Sequence record: OR644643.1
Source of the DNA: Klebsiella phage NU-KP11
DNA: 64,000 bases
Strand: one strand, 5' to 3'
In this document: in pieces, positions 1 to 9,862 of the stretch
How positions within the stretch are numbered: position 1 is the stretch's first letter
Layout of the letters: each line of letters begins with the position of its first letter
Position numbers and translations under genes: made by a program
The notes under the pieces: model-generated
What the model was told of the DNA's origin: nothing
Databases searched by the model: none
The model's input: only the letters and a program-made list of their open reading frames with translations

Positions 1-487
1 CAATATTTTTAATTTCTATCGAATTTTTAGCGAATTCGATCATACGTTGATTATCTGAACCGCGAAACGGCTTTTTAGTTGGTAAATCTTTTTCATACTT
101 ACCATCAATCAGAACATCAATGTAAGGAAGTAGCTTAGAACGTTCTGGGTCGGCCTGTAAAGCCTCCAGGGTATATCCTGTCCATAACCATACGTTTTTC
201 TTTGGAAGTTCCTTAGAAACGCGCTCAAGCAGTTTTAGGATAGTAGGATAGTTGTCACGGTAAAGCGGATCGCCGCCAGTTAATGTAAGTCCATCAACAT
301 GCGGATTACTCAACAGAGAAATCAGATGATTTTCTGTCTCTTCCGTGTACGGTGTTCCGTTGCAAGGGTTCCACGTCGATTTGTTATAGCAACCTTCGCA
401 TTTATGATTGCATCCAGTCACAAACAAAACAACACGGATCCCTTTTCCGTTGACCACATCCATATTATAGATGCGGTCGTAATTCAT
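1..487 (-). CDS. nrdG: Anaerobic ribonucleotide reductase activating protein NrdG (radical SAM); C-terminal part runs off the window edge
   Basis: Reverse-strand translation from the ATG at 485-487 gives MNYDRIYNMDVVNGKGIRVVLFVTGCNHKCEGCYNK...LTLTGGDPLY. This carries the CxxxCxxC radical-SAM motif and is colinear with T4 NrdG. Its start overlaps the stop of the upstream ORF in an ATGA arrangement. Confidence 0.85.
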   Translation of the reverse strand, partial: MNYDRIYNMDVVNGKGIRVVLFVTGCNHKCEGCYNKSTWNPCNGTPYTEETENHLISLLSNPHVDGLTLTGGDPLYRDNYPTILKLLERVSKELPKKNVWLWTGYTLEALQADPERSKLLPYIDVLIDGKYEKDLPTKKPFRGSDNQRMIEFAKNSIEIKNI

Positions 488-1011
488 GCTTTTTCACCAA
501 ACAGACGTTCTCTGATCGCTTCGTCAATAATGTCTGGGAACTGAGTGTTAACCCGTTGCATTACTGCTTTGCGTACAGTAACTTCCAGGTTATTCGAGAC
601 GCGAGCGATAAACGCGGCTTCGTCTGCAATAATGTTTTCTGTTGCATGAGCAATCGCCTCTTTCTCGATATCTTTAAGAATGGTTTGGCATTGCTGTTTT
701 ACCGATTCTTTGATTTTACCAGACAGTTCGCGAATATTGCCATAGTTGACATCGAAAACATTCGAATAACCATAACGTTTTTCGACGTAATCCGAGAATT
801 CAGATTTGATGATCTGTGTAATTTCGGATGAGTTCGGCATTAGAACAGCTAACTGTTCCTGGATCCGTTTGTTGATTTCTTCGCTAACACGCTTACCAAC
901 TACGCTATTCACCACGTTTTTGATGATAGCAGATTGGAGATCTACGCGGGCGGTTGAACCTTCCGGAAACAGGCTTAACACCGCATTTGTGTCTAATTTC
1001 AGTTGAATCAT
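484..1011 (-). CDS. Hypothetical protein (175 aa), translationally coupled to nrdG
   Basis: Long minus-strand ORF with an ATG start. It overlaps the nrdG start (ATGA) and the next ORF by 4 nt. No recognisable motif. Confidence 0.5.
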   Translation of the reverse strand: MIQLKLDTNAVLSLFPEGSTARVDLQSAIIKNVVNSVVGKRVSEEINKRIQEQLAVLMPNSSEITQIIKSEFSDYVEKRYGYSNVFDVNYGNIRELSGKIKESVKQQCQTILKDIEKEAIAHATENIIADEAAFIARVSNNLEVTVRKAVMQRVNTQFPDIIDEAIRERLFGEKA

Positions 1012-1223
1012 TTCATGTTACCTTTCTTCACGAGGATCAGTTCTTTGATCCGTTCAACAATAACGATGTATTCCCATTTAGCTAACTTTTGGGTATCACA
1101 CCACTTTTGAAACTCTTTCATAGCCTCTAAGTGACCTTTACTCCAGTACATTTCTGCAATTTCGTTGCAAAGAGTTTCAGTAGCAGTGTTTTTGATTTTC
1201 ATAACATCCTCCTTAGTTGACAA
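1008..1223 (-). CDS. Hypothetical small protein (71 aa)
   Basis: ORF in a chain of 4-nt overlapping minus-strand early genes. Confidence 0.4.
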   Translation of the reverse strand: MSTKEDVMKIKNTATETLCNEIAEMYWSKGHLEAMKEFQKWCDTQKLAKWEYIVIVERIKELILVKKGNMK

Positions 1224-1262
1224 GAAGGATGTTACTACATTCAGATATACAGGTCAATACTT

Positions 1263-1514
1263 TTATGGATAATATTGAATGAAAAATGAAGGATGTCCTT
1301 CATAGTTCACATCAACAGCACCAATTTTAACGATTGCATCGCGGCGGGTAGCCTCTTCGACAATCTGATCGGTTAGGCTTACAATCTCACCGGATACCCA
1401 ATGCAATTTGTGTTCCGGATCTGTAGCCCCACAGAAAAACAGTTCGATTTCGTTAGCTTCCAGTTCACAGCGTAGATAGTTCAAATTACGTGAATTTGTT
1501 TTGTTGAAAATCAT
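1263..1514 (-). CDS. Hypothetical protein (83 aa)
   Basis: ORF in the same chain of minus-strand early genes. Confidence 0.4.
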   Translation of the reverse strand: MIFNKTNSRNLNYLRCELEANEIELFFCGATDPEHKLHWVSGEIVSLTDQIVEEATRRDAIVKIGAVDVNYEGHPSFFIQYYP

Positions 1515-1523
1515 AATTTATAC

Positions 1524-2036
1524 CTATTTCAATAGTTTACCGCGTAGATAATCAGGAGCTTTTAAAATTTTCCCGTCGTCTACATACCCAACTTCAATTA
1601 AATCATCAATTAGATTGATAGATTCCCCAGATGCTGCATAGAATTGCAACCTTCTTTTCTTTACGATAGCCATATAAACATGATTATACGTAGGAGTCAT
1701 TCTCTTAACAACACCAATCATACAGAGTCTGTTAAGGCATCCAGTATAAGATCGGCCCGTTGCTTTTGAGTAATCTTCCAGGCTTCCGCGTGGTATAGCA
1801 GAAACAAGATCCTTGTAGTCTTTTCGTTTCCACGTCCGACCAACCGCACATTTTGTTACACCGTCAGCCATTTTAGAATTTGGGTGCTTCTCATCTTCAC
1901 GCATCTTTTTATCTTCAAGAAATTTCTGAAATCGAATTTCTTCGAGATAGTCAATAGCGTTCTGAAAACGATTTTGTCTCTTCTCGCGTTCAACAATACG
2001 GGAAGGAAATAACTTATCAAGGATCTTGCTAATCAT
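1524..2036 (-). CDS. Hypothetical basic protein (170 aa)
   Basis: ORF overlapping the next gene by 4 nt. Basic and helical, possibly DNA-binding. Confidence 0.45.
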   Translation of the reverse strand: MISKILDKLFPSRIVEREKRQNRFQNAIDYLEEIRFQKFLEDKKMREDEKHPNSKMADGVTKCAVGRTWKRKDYKDLVSAIPRGSLEDYSKATGRSYTGCLNRLCMIGVVKRMTPTYNHVYMAIVKKRRLQFYAASGESINLIDDLIEVGYVDDGKILKAPDYLRGKLLK

Positions 2037-2242
2037 TTTATATCATCCCGAATCGAATCAAGAACAATGTAATCTATCCCATTCACTCGTTTACCACTGG
2101 GTTTACGATAGCGAATGTTACGGCCTTTCATATCAGTTGCTTTTGAAATGTAGAATGACTTTGTTTCACGTAGCCATTCACTCCATTCCTGATATGAATT
2201 CCCGACATTTCGACGCACTTTAGCGTATAACGGAAACATCAC
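2033..2242 (-). CDS. Hypothetical basic small protein (69 aa)
   Basis: ORF with 4-nt overlaps on both sides. Confidence 0.4.
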   Translation of the reverse strand: MMFPLYAKVRRNVGNSYQEWSEWLRETKSFYISKATDMKGRNIRYRKPSGKRVNGIDYIVLDSIRDDIK

Positions 2243-2736
2243 AAAGCCTTTAATTTAGCAAGGGTTGATTTATGAAAATCAACTTGTTTTTCTGAATTTT
2301 TCAGATTGCGTTCAGCTTCCCGGATCAGGTAATTCCGGCGAGAGCGCAACAAGTTGAGAACATCTTTCGCTTTACGGGCGCGTTTACCGAACAGATGACA
2401 AGTACCGAGATTGTCAAGCATGTTCAGGAGATCATAGATTTCCTTTGCTTCGTCCTCTTTTGGTAATAACGGTTTCTCTTTAACAACAACGTGTTTTTTG
2501 AATAATTCACGATCGCTATTAGTAAAAATGTAAGATTCTGATTCAAACTTTGTACCAAAGTAATCAGTAAACCCTTTAACACCGAATACGTCATACTCAG
2601 TAACTTTAATAGGAAATACTACCTTAGACAAATCATTAGCCGAGAACGAACCGCCACGAATAGCTAAGTTTCGGTATGCAGTCCCAAAGCACGTATCATC
2701 ACGAAAAACAAATTTATCTTTTGTCCAATACATCAT
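2239..2736 (-). CDS. Hypothetical protein (165 aa)
   Basis: ORF in the coupled chain. No clear motif. Confidence 0.45.
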   Translation of the reverse strand: MMYWTKDKFVFRDDTCFGTAYRNLAIRGGSFSANDLSKVVFPIKVTEYDVFGVKGFTDYFGTKFESESYIFTNSDRELFKKHVVVKEKPLLPKEDEAKEIYDLLNMLDNLGTCHLFGKRARKAKDVLNLLRSRRNYLIREAERNLKNSEKQVDFHKSTLAKLKAL

Positions 2737-3011
2737 AAAGCCCTCAATTTTGCGCCGCTAATGAGAACATCTTTCATTTGTTTTGCGGTGCGGATAGTAG
2801 TTGCCAGTTCTAAAGAGACATCATTACGATATGCTGTGCCGTCTTCACACAGAACCAAACCAGGACGGCCCTTGATAGGGTTGATGACTTCAACGCGAGT
2901 TGGATGATTTTCAACTTTGTAGCCTAATGCAAACGCACATGCTACTACATCGGTCATTTTCTTAGTCAGTTTCATAATCTGTCTCCTTTTTCGATAGGCC
3001 CAATATAACAA
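2733..3011 (-). CDS. Hypothetical protein. The start may instead be the internal ATG (MKLTKK...).
   Basis: ORF immediately upstream of the 165-aa ORF on the minus strand. Confidence 0.4.
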   Translation of the reverse strand: MLYWAYRKRRQIMKLTKKMTDVVACAFALGYKVENHPTRVEVINPIKGRPGLVLCEDGTAYRNDVSLELATTIRTAKQMKDVLISGAKLRAL

Positions 3012-3042
3012 AAGCCCTCAACCGAAGTCAAGGGCTTTTTGA

Positions 3043-5166
3043 TTAATTTTGATGCTTAATGCGATGCATCATTTCTTTGTTCTTACCTTCGTTGAACCCA
3101 CGGACAGCAGGAGCACCCAAATAGCCGCATGTACGGCGCGTGACGCTCATTTTTTCCGGATCATGGTTCCCACAATGGGTACAATGAAAACCGTCTTCTG
3201 TTGGCTTAAATTCATCATCAGAGCCACACTCAAAGCATTTATCAACCGGAAGGTTAGTTCCGAAGTAGTCCAGTTTATCCATTGCATAATCCCAGACTTT
3301 TTCAAGGGCTTCCAGGTTGTTTTTCATATCAGGGAATTCTACATAGCTGATATGACCAGCAGTAGCGATGTAATGATAATCGGCTTCATAGTCGATTTTC
3401 TCGAACGGTGTTACCTTGCGGTCAACGTCCAGATGAAAACTGTTAGTGTACCAGCCTTTATCTGTGATCCCTTTGATACTTCCGAATTTCTCATAGTCCA
3501 GTTTGCAGAAACGATGACATAGAGATTCAGCAGGGGTTGAATACAGACTAAACCCAAATCCGGTTTTCTTTTTCCATGCTTCGGTCGCAGCGCGTAGATA
3601 TTCCAGAATCAGTCTACCCATGTTCTGAGAACCGATCCTGTCGAATGGGTGTTGTCCAGATCCGAAAAGCATCAGAGTTTCATGCAATCCGATGTATCCC
3701 AGACTGATAGAACTACGTCCATTTTTGAACAGTTCCAGAATTTCATCATCAGGTTTCAACCGTACACCAAACGCACCTTCTGTATAAAGGATCGGGGCTA
3801 CACTGGCTTTAACACCTCTGAGACTATCAATACGAGTCATCAGGGCTTCAAAACACAGTTCCAGACGTTCATCAAGGATACGCCAAAATGCATCATGCGC
3901 GTCTTCATCTTCCTGTGCTTCGGCTTCAATCGCAATACGAGGAAGGTTGATCGTCACAACGCCCAGGTTATTACGTCCATCAAGAATTTCATTACCGTGC
4001 TCATCATGCCACACACTAAGGAAACTACGACAACCCATAGGAGATACAGGAATGCTAGAGCCAGTAATACGACGGTTATTAGCCGCGCTAATAATATCCG
4101 GATACATACGTTTTGAAGCACATTCCAGGGCCAATTTCTTAATATCATAGTTTCTGTCTTCCGGATTAAGGTTAACCCCTTTTTCCATAAACATAACCAG
4201 TTTTGGGAATACAGGGGTAATGCCCTTTTTACCCAGTCCACGAATACGGTTTTTCAGAATCGCTTTCTGGATCATGCGTTCGCGCCAACCAGTACCCATA
4301 CCGAAAGTGATCGTGACAAAAGGCGTCTGTCCATTTGCAGTATGTAAGGTGTTTACTTCATATTCGTATGACTGGAACGCATCGAATACATCCTTTTCCG
4401 TTTTTTCCATCGCATACTGTTTTGATTTAGGAACCCCGTACCAAACAGCATCTTTAAAGTGTTTGTTGTACGTCATTTCAACGTAAGGGGCCAGCACCTG
4501 ATCGACATTTGCAAAGGTTGTCCCGCCGTACTGGTGAGAAGCAATCTGTGCGGTGATCTGAGCCATAAGAGCAGTAGCAACACCGATTGATTTAGGCGGT
4601 TCGATATCAGCGTTACCCATCCGGAACCCGTTTTCTAACATGCCTTTCAGGTCAACAAGACAGCAGTTAGTGTATGGGGTGAACGGGCTGTAATCCAGAT
4701 CGTGATAATGAATATCACCGGAATCATGCGCCGCAACAATATGTTTCGGTAGAATATGGTTACGCGCCATATGTTTAGAAACGATACCAGCCAGAAGATC
4801 GCGTTTAGTCGGGAATACGCGAGAATCTTTGTTTGCGTTTTCGTTGGTTAATTCTTTGTTACTAAGAGTCATCAAACCCTTGATATCACGGAATAATTTT
4901 CCGTTTTGTTCACGGGCGATATCACGATCATGACGATATTCGATATATGCACGGGCAACAGTCGGATTTGTCTTCATTAAAGATTCTTCAACAAGTTCTT
5001 GAATTTGTGAAATCTTCATTGCTTTACCGTTGCGGATCTGACTACGCAACACAAGCATAATCGCACTGTCTTCATCCGTCATCGTACCGCCAGCTTTATA
5101 CACAGCATTACGAATTTTTTCTTTATCGAAATCGACGATTGTTCCGTCGCGTTTTTCTACTTTCAT
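3043..5166 (-). CDS. nrdD: Anaerobic ribonucleoside-triphosphate reductase NrdD (707 aa) with an N-terminal ATP-cone
   Basis: Colinear with T4 NrdD (NENANKDSRVFPT, NCCLVDLKGMLENGF, the C-terminal glycyl-radical RRTCGYLG motif, and the CFECGS...CTHCG zinc ribbon). There is an extra N-terminal roughly 100 aa reading VEKRDG..DFDKEKI, which is an ATP-cone. The ORF is uninterrupted, so no intron is present. Confidence 0.95.
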   Translation of the reverse strand: MKVEKRDGTIVDFDKEKIRNAVYKAGGTMTDEDSAIMLVLRSQIRNGKAMKISQIQELVEESLMKTNPTVARAYIEYRHDRDIAREQNGKLFRDIKGLMTLSNKELTNENANKDSRVFPTKRDLLAGIVSKHMARNHILPKHIVAAHDSGDIHYHDLDYSPFTPYTNCCLVDLKGMLENGFRMGNADIEPPKSIGVATALMAQITAQIASHQYGGTTFANVDQVLAPYVEMTYNKHFKDAVWYGVPKSKQYAMEKTEKDVFDAFQSYEYEVNTLHTANGQTPFVTITFGMGTGWRERMIQKAILKNRIRGLGKKGITPVFPKLVMFMEKGVNLNPEDRNYDIKKLALECASKRMYPDIISAANNRRITGSSIPVSPMGCRSFLSVWHDEHGNEILDGRNNLGVVTINLPRIAIEAEAQEDEDAHDAFWRILDERLELCFEALMTRIDSLRGVKASVAPILYTEGAFGVRLKPDDEILELFKNGRSSISLGYIGLHETLMLFGSGQHPFDRIGSQNMGRLILEYLRAATEAWKKKTGFGFSLYSTPAESLCHRFCKLDYEKFGSIKGITDKGWYTNSFHLDVDRKVTPFEKIDYEADYHYIATAGHISYVEFPDMKNNLEALEKVWDYAMDKLDYFGTNLPVDKCFECGSDDEFKPTEDGFHCTHCGNHDPEKMSVTRRTCGYLGAPAVRGFNEGKNKEMMHRIKHQN

Positions 5167-5645
5167 TTGGTTGCCTTCATTAATTGTCTTCTATAGCTCT
5201 TTGCTAAAGCCTTGCGATCCTCAGTTTCTGAGTACTCAAAGCCCATAGAAATCATTTCGGCTATCATATCCGATTTAGTAAGGCGTGTAAACCATTTAAC
5301 CTTATCGGGTATAAATTTGTCGTGCATACGGTTTTGTGAATAGTCGCGTTTGAGGTATGCTACCAGGCTTTCTAGCCATTCGATGTAATCAACATCACGG
5401 GAAACCAGTCCAGAACGATTAAATTTGTGCTTTACAATACCTTCTGTACCGTTGCATAGGTTACATAGGAGGCCGCGCACACGTCCGGCATTAGAGCCAG
5501 ATAGAGCATGATCATGGTCAAGGTGATGTTTTTCAAGGTCACCCTCTAAAGGGCGACCACATAACGCGCACAAGCCGTTTTGCTGTTCAAAAAGAGCTTG
5601 TTTAATGGATGGATAATCTTTCTTAGTAATACGTTTAGTGAGCAT
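5163..5645 (-). CDS. 49: Endonuclease VII (Holliday junction resolvase, gp49)
   Basis: CALCGRPL...HLDHDH...GRVRGLLCNLCNGTEG...KHKFNRSGL matches the T4 endo VII zinc-binding and catalytic core. The ORF-track start at 5660 is a TTG codon. The ATG at 5645 gives about 160 aa, close to T4's 157 aa. Confidence 0.9.
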   Translation of the reverse strand: MLTKRITKKDYPSIKQALFEQQNGLCALCGRPLEGDLEKHHLDHDHALSGSNAGRVRGLLCNLCNGTEGIVKHKFNRSGLVSRDVDYIEWLESLVAYLKRDYSQNRMHDKFIPDKVKWFTRLTKSDMIAEMISMGFEYSETEDRKALAKSYRRQLMKATK

Positions 5646-5676
5646 AATAACACCAATCAAATAAAGGTGTTAATAT

Positions 5677-5952
5677 TTATCCCAACGTGCGAACGTACTC
5701 ACGCAGTTGGTCAAAGCCGCCGATGTGCTTACCATCGTGGAAAATTTGAGGCATGGTCAGTCTACGAGTACCCAACAGGCTTTCGAGTTCAGAAATGACC
5801 GTTTCATTCAGGATCGGTTTGCCGTCTGCGTCTTTTTCATCGGCTACAGAAACAAACTCATATTCTTTTCGTTTTGCGTCCAGGAGACGTTTAGAATTCA
5901 GGCATGGAGCGCAATTGTAAACAGAAGGGATATAACCAAAAATCTTAAACAT
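5677..5952 (-). CDS. nrdC: Glutaredoxin-like NrdC (T4 thioredoxin)
   Basis: MFKIFGY...CAPC...LTMPQIFHDGKHIGGFDQLREY parallels T4 NrdC (MFKVYGY...CVYC...LTMPQVF..GSHIGGFDQLREY). Confidence 0.85.
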   Translation of the reverse strand: MFKIFGYIPSVYNCAPCLNSKRLLDAKRKEYEFVSVADEKDADGKPILNETVISELESLLGTRRLTMPQIFHDGKHIGGFDQLREYVRTLG

Positions 5953-5960
5953 ATGTTACC

Positions 5961-6812
5961 TTACATTAAGTCATCCAGTGTTTCAGGGTATGTATTTACG
6001 TCGCGTTTCTGATAGTTGCACACGTAGACTTCTTGCGTTTTATTTTGTTCGTAAGAATCAGTATGCTGGCCTAACAGATACTTTTTATCGAGGTTATGCA
6101 CATTATATTTTTGCATCCACTCGATCAGGATATCATTTTGCTTTCCTGCATGATGTGTAACGTTTGATAAACCAAACTTGATACCATCAGAGTTTAAATT
6201 ATCGAGAAAATCATATAATTCATGCTCTCGTTCTTCGTTCCAGAATTTGTTATAAACTGCATCAGTGATCAGGTACGGCGGATCGCAGTACACAAAATCA
6301 TTCAAACAGATATCAAGATCCTTAAACGATGCGCTAGAGAATTCAATTCCCCGAACATTATTTTTGAAGTGTTCAAACCGTTTAACGGTAGAATCATTCA
6401 ATGTTCTACAACCAAAATTGGCGTTAAAATCGCCTTTATCGTTGGTTCGATTAACATTACTAAACGAATGCAGGATTAGAACATAGAGCCATAGCGGATC
6501 CTTGTTCTTATTATATGCATCACGAAATGTGAGATACGCTTCTTTCTCGTTCTTACCCAGACCATACTGTTTAATCAATTCTCGCACCGGAGAGAGGTCA
6601 GGAAGCATTTGAAGGCGCTTATACATATCAATCAACGTCCGATCGTAATCGTTGCTTAGAACGGGTTTAGGGACGTTTAGTGACACACTCAACCCACCAC
6701 AAAAACAGTCGATGAATCGCATATAGCTGTTTCTGTCTGGAAATAATTTGAACAGTTCAGGAAGTAGCTTTTGCTTGTTTCCTGTGTATGGGATCACACC
6801 ATAATAACTCAT
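5961..6812 (-). CDS. dam: DNA adenine (N6) methyltransferase Dam
   Basis: YTGNKQKLLPEL...DCFCGGLSV (the SAM-binding motif) and VYCDPPY (the DPPY catalytic motif) are colinear with T4 Dam. Confidence 0.9.
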   Translation of the reverse strand: MSYYGVIPYTGNKQKLLPELFKLFPDRNSYMRFIDCFCGGLSVSLNVPKPVLSNDYDRTLIDMYKRLQMLPDLSPVRELIKQYGLGKNEKEAYLTFRDAYNKNKDPLWLYVLILHSFSNVNRTNDKGDFNANFGCRTLNDSTVKRFEHFKNNVRGIEFSSASFKDLDICLNDFVYCDPPYLITDAVYNKFWNEEREHELYDFLDNLNSDGIKFGLSNVTHHAGKQNDILIEWMQKYNVHNLDKKYLLGQHTDSYEQNKTQEVYVCNYQKRDVNTYPETLDDLM

Positions 6813-7111
6813 AATTCACAAAGCCCTTTTTCAAATTTTGCAATGGTATCGTACTTGTAACCACGATTCACTATGAAGCATTGAGTTTCACCCAATTTAT
6901 TGATCATGTCAATAGCTCTTTGTTCGTCTTTCTTACCTCTTAATTGTAAGGCAATTCTTACGATCTCTTTTAGTGTTTCGTCGTTGACTTCTTCCAGTTT
7001 AAAGGAATACCCAGCGATTTTAGCAAAAAGCCCCTTGCGAGCTACAAGGGGCATGTTGTCATAGAAAATCACGGTTCCTTTGTCGTTTTTGCGGATACTA
7101 AATCCCGGCAC
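6809..7111 (-). CDS. Hypothetical protein. The annotated start is GTG. An internal ATG is an alternative start.
   Basis: ORF between dam and nadV. The start codon is uncertain. Confidence 0.4.
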   Translation of the reverse strand: MPGFSIRKNDKGTVIFYDNMPLVARKGLFAKIAGYSFKLEEVNDETLKEIVRIALQLRGKKDEQRAIDMINKLGETQCFIVNRGYKYDTIAKFEKGLCEL

Positions 7112-8531
7112 GGTTCCTAATTTCCTCTAAAGTGTCACGGGCAGTAATCTTTCCGTTGACATAGTATGTGATCATAGCATCTTTCCAGCCTTCCGGCACT
7201 TTCTGTTCCAGAGTATCAATGGTTTTAAAGTTAACACCATCAGTGATAGTCATCAACAACCCTTTTTTACTCTTTTTCCATTCAGCGCCTTTTGGACATT
7301 TATACACACCAGTCCACACACCGTTAATTTTGATTGCGCACATTTTCATCGCATATTTTTGAGTGTCGCGGGTAACTTCTTGAAGCAATCCGCCGCCCAT
7401 ACCAAACGCGATGTTTTCAGACGCCCAACGGTTAGACTCCATCCAGTTCAACACCCGATTGATTGTTTCAGGGCCATGAATTTCATCGCCTTGAATGATC
7501 CTTACTGCTGGGTGTAGTACTTTATACCCTTTTGAGTTCACTGTATAGCCAAAGATACGGCCCAGTTCTTCAAGAGCGTACATGATATTGTCTACCATAT
7601 CACCAGAATCCGGACGAACTACCAGAGTACCGCCCTTAGAAAGAATCGAATCTTTATATTCTGCGATACGGCGAACCGCCGCTTTAAAATCCCAGGAATC
7701 ATACACACATGCATACATCCCTTCACCGAAGATCTCAATACTGTTTTTGTACGCAAGGTCTTCGTTTTCTTTGCCGTAAGAAACGGTAGTGGAATGTTCG
7801 CGAGCAGGAATTGAAATACCAGCCGCCATTTCACCATCATCAAACGCTTTCTGACAATCTTCAAACAGAGAGATAGCCATAATCAGCGCTTCTACGGTAT
7901 CAGTACCGAGGAAGTTATACAGGTGCGCGAGGCCACCAATACCAGCGGATTCAGCAGAAGAGGTTCCACGTGCGCCGAAGTCATGCAAACGGGTACGTAA
8001 CACCATATCAAATGCTTCACCTTCGAGATCGGAGGTTTTCTTGAGATATTTCTTCAACACTTTTTTACATTCACGGGATAGAGTTGCTACGGTTGAAGGG
8101 AACCATACTCCCCTGATCGCCAGGGTTTCTACGTGTCCTGCTAACCACAGCGCATTTTTCCCAGCGTGGAAAGTTGCAACCGGATTTTTAACCGCTACTG
8201 GGGTTCCTTCCGGAATCGCTCTGAATTCAAGAGGGATGTAACCCAGTTCTGCAATTTCTTTCCAACCTTTGTAGTTGAAGATTTCGCGCCCAAAGTGCAT
8301 TTTGTACAACCGATTAGCAAAATCCACGTTTTCCATAGTCACCGGACGTGATAGGATTTGCGCAAGGCGGTTACAGCCAGCCGTAACTACTTGATCAAAT
8401 TTACCACCACGAGATTCAATATAAAACAGCGCCTCTTCGGAGCCAGTTGGATATTGCGACCAGTGAGAAACCTTATAGGAATCTACGGAAGTGATGATGC
8501 TGTTCAGTTCTTCGAAAGTTTTGTTGTTCAT
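7098..8531 (-). CDS. nadV: Nicotinamide phosphoribosyltransferase (NAMPT / NadV)
   Basis: At 477 aa, the N-terminal ...DSYKVSHWSQYP... and the overall length are characteristic of type II NAMPT as found in some T4-like phages (the KVP40-type NadV). Confidence 0.8.
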   Translation of the reverse strand: MNNKTFEELNSIITSVDSYKVSHWSQYPTGSEEALFYIESRGGKFDQVVTAGCNRLAQILSRPVTMENVDFANRLYKMHFGREIFNYKGWKEIAELGYIPLEFRAIPEGTPVAVKNPVATFHAGKNALWLAGHVETLAIRGVWFPSTVATLSRECKKVLKKYLKKTSDLEGEAFDMVLRTRLHDFGARGTSSAESAGIGGLAHLYNFLGTDTVEALIMAISLFEDCQKAFDDGEMAAGISIPAREHSTTVSYGKENEDLAYKNSIEIFGEGMYACVYDSWDFKAAVRRIAEYKDSILSKGGTLVVRPDSGDMVDNIMYALEELGRIFGYTVNSKGYKVLHPAVRIIQGDEIHGPETINRVLNWMESNRWASENIAFGMGGGLLQEVTRDTQKYAMKMCAIKINGVWTGVYKCPKGAEWKKSKKGLLMTITDGVNFKTIDTLEQKVPEGWKDAMITYYVNGKITARDTLEEIRNRAGI

Positions 8532-8558
8532 AAACGTACTCCACGTTTTAGGTTTATT

Positions 8559-9008
8559 TTAAAATACCCGATCCAGTCGTTCGGGATGGATTGTATTGTG
8601 ATATTTAGACTTACAATCCTTACTGGTTTTTCTGCCATTCGAACAGAAAACTTTGTGATACGTTGTCTTTGTGTGTTTTTCTTTGCACACAGGGCAAACA
8701 ATCACAGAACCTATTTTAGCAGCCTTAGCCACTTCATACAAGTTCTTTACATCAATTTGTCTTTCTTTTGTGATAACCCGACCACGGAATTCAGCAACAA
8801 CAGTTTCATCACGTACAGAACCATCACTATACTGAACTTTTTGTTTACTACTTTTTCGTTTGGATCCTGATATTTGAGAGGAACCCGATAAAAGTTTACG
8901 GAGTTCTAAACGGTCTTTATAAGCACCACGATTAACGCAGAAATATTCACCGTCTTCTTCGTCATCAAAATCAGCCCAATCTTCTAAAGCCTCAGCTTCA
9001 TCGCTCAT
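8559..9008 (-). CDS. Hypothetical protein with an acidic N-terminus and a C-terminal Cys/His zinc-finger-like region
   Basis: CPVCKEKHTKTTYHKVFC...CKSKYH cluster. The ATG start was verified. Confidence 0.5.
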   Translation of the reverse strand: MSDEAEALEDWADFDDEEDGEYFCVNRGAYKDRLELRKLLSGSSQISGSKRKSSKQKVQYSDGSVRDETVVAEFRGRVITKERQIDVKNLYEVAKAAKIGSVIVCPVCKEKHTKTTYHKVFCSNGRKTSKDCKSKYHNTIHPERLDRVF

Positions 9009-9017
9009 AGTGGTTCC

Positions 9018-9278
9018 TTAGAAATAATCTTTGTTGCTCAACAGGTAAACCCGGTTATCGTTGTAGTCAATGTAAGCATCCCACCAACCAGCACAATCAA
9101 CACCATCAACTTCCAACGCCTGGATAAGAACGCTACCCGCTACGTTGTCGTATTCGTATATTGCATGTAATTCATCCAGCATTGCTTCAACATTGGCCCG
9201 TAAGCCTTTGCCGTTGTTAGCAACACCTTTTGCTTCCAGGCAGTATCCAGCATAAGTTGCTTTCATTACGATTTCCAT
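9018..9278 (-). CDS. Hypothetical protein (86 aa)
   Basis: ORF with a verified ATG start. Confidence 0.45.
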   Translation of the reverse strand: MEIVMKATYAGYCLEAKGVANNGKGLRANVEAMLDELHAIYEYDNVAGSVLIQALEVDGVDCAGWWDAYIDYNDNRVYLLSNKDYF

Positions 9279-9355
9279 GATGTTTATCCTTCTGAGTTAG
9301 TGTCTTGTCTACGGGAGTTAGAATACTACTATAACCAACCCCCGTCAACACCTTT

Positions 9356-9862
9356 TTACCAACTAATGTAAAAAGTGAATTCACTTACACGGCGATCCGT
9401 TTTCCTTTCAGAAAACACTTCACGTTCTTCATGGTTTCGATACGTTTGATTGTACTTACTAGCCAGAGAATTTGTAATCTTAGCGGCGTTGCGTTTTTCT
9501 TCTGTATCGAATTTTAGCCCTTCTTCTTCCAACCATTCAGAAACTCGTTGGAATGCATAGCGAGTACATTCAATACCCAGACAAGAGCCGATATCATGCT
9601 TCATATCATAGATAAGGTTTTGTTTTGTCGCGTGTTTCAAAACACCTTTTGTGATTGTATCCCGCGCATGTTCGATCATCTTAGCATTCTGATCGTTGAT
9701 AATTTCTCTTGCTCGTTCTGCGAGAGTGGGAGATCGGCCTTCTACCGGAGTTTCTCCGTCAGTACCGATACTACGTACATGAATCATATTTTCACCTATT
9801 GCGTTATTAACAGCCCATCTTTCGTATGTTTCACGAAGTAAGGGCGCATGTTCAATTACCAT
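9356..9862 (-). CDS. Hypothetical protein (168 aa)
   Basis: ORF with a verified ATG. It overlaps the start region of the next gene. Confidence 0.5.
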   Translation of the reverse strand: MVIEHAPLLRETYERWAVNNAIGENMIHVRSIGTDGETPVEGRSPTLAERAREIINDQNAKMIEHARDTITKGVLKHATKQNLIYDMKHDIGSCLGIECTRYAFQRVSEWLEEEGLKFDTEEKRNAAKITNSLASKYNQTYRNHEEREVFSERKTDRRVSEFTFYISW

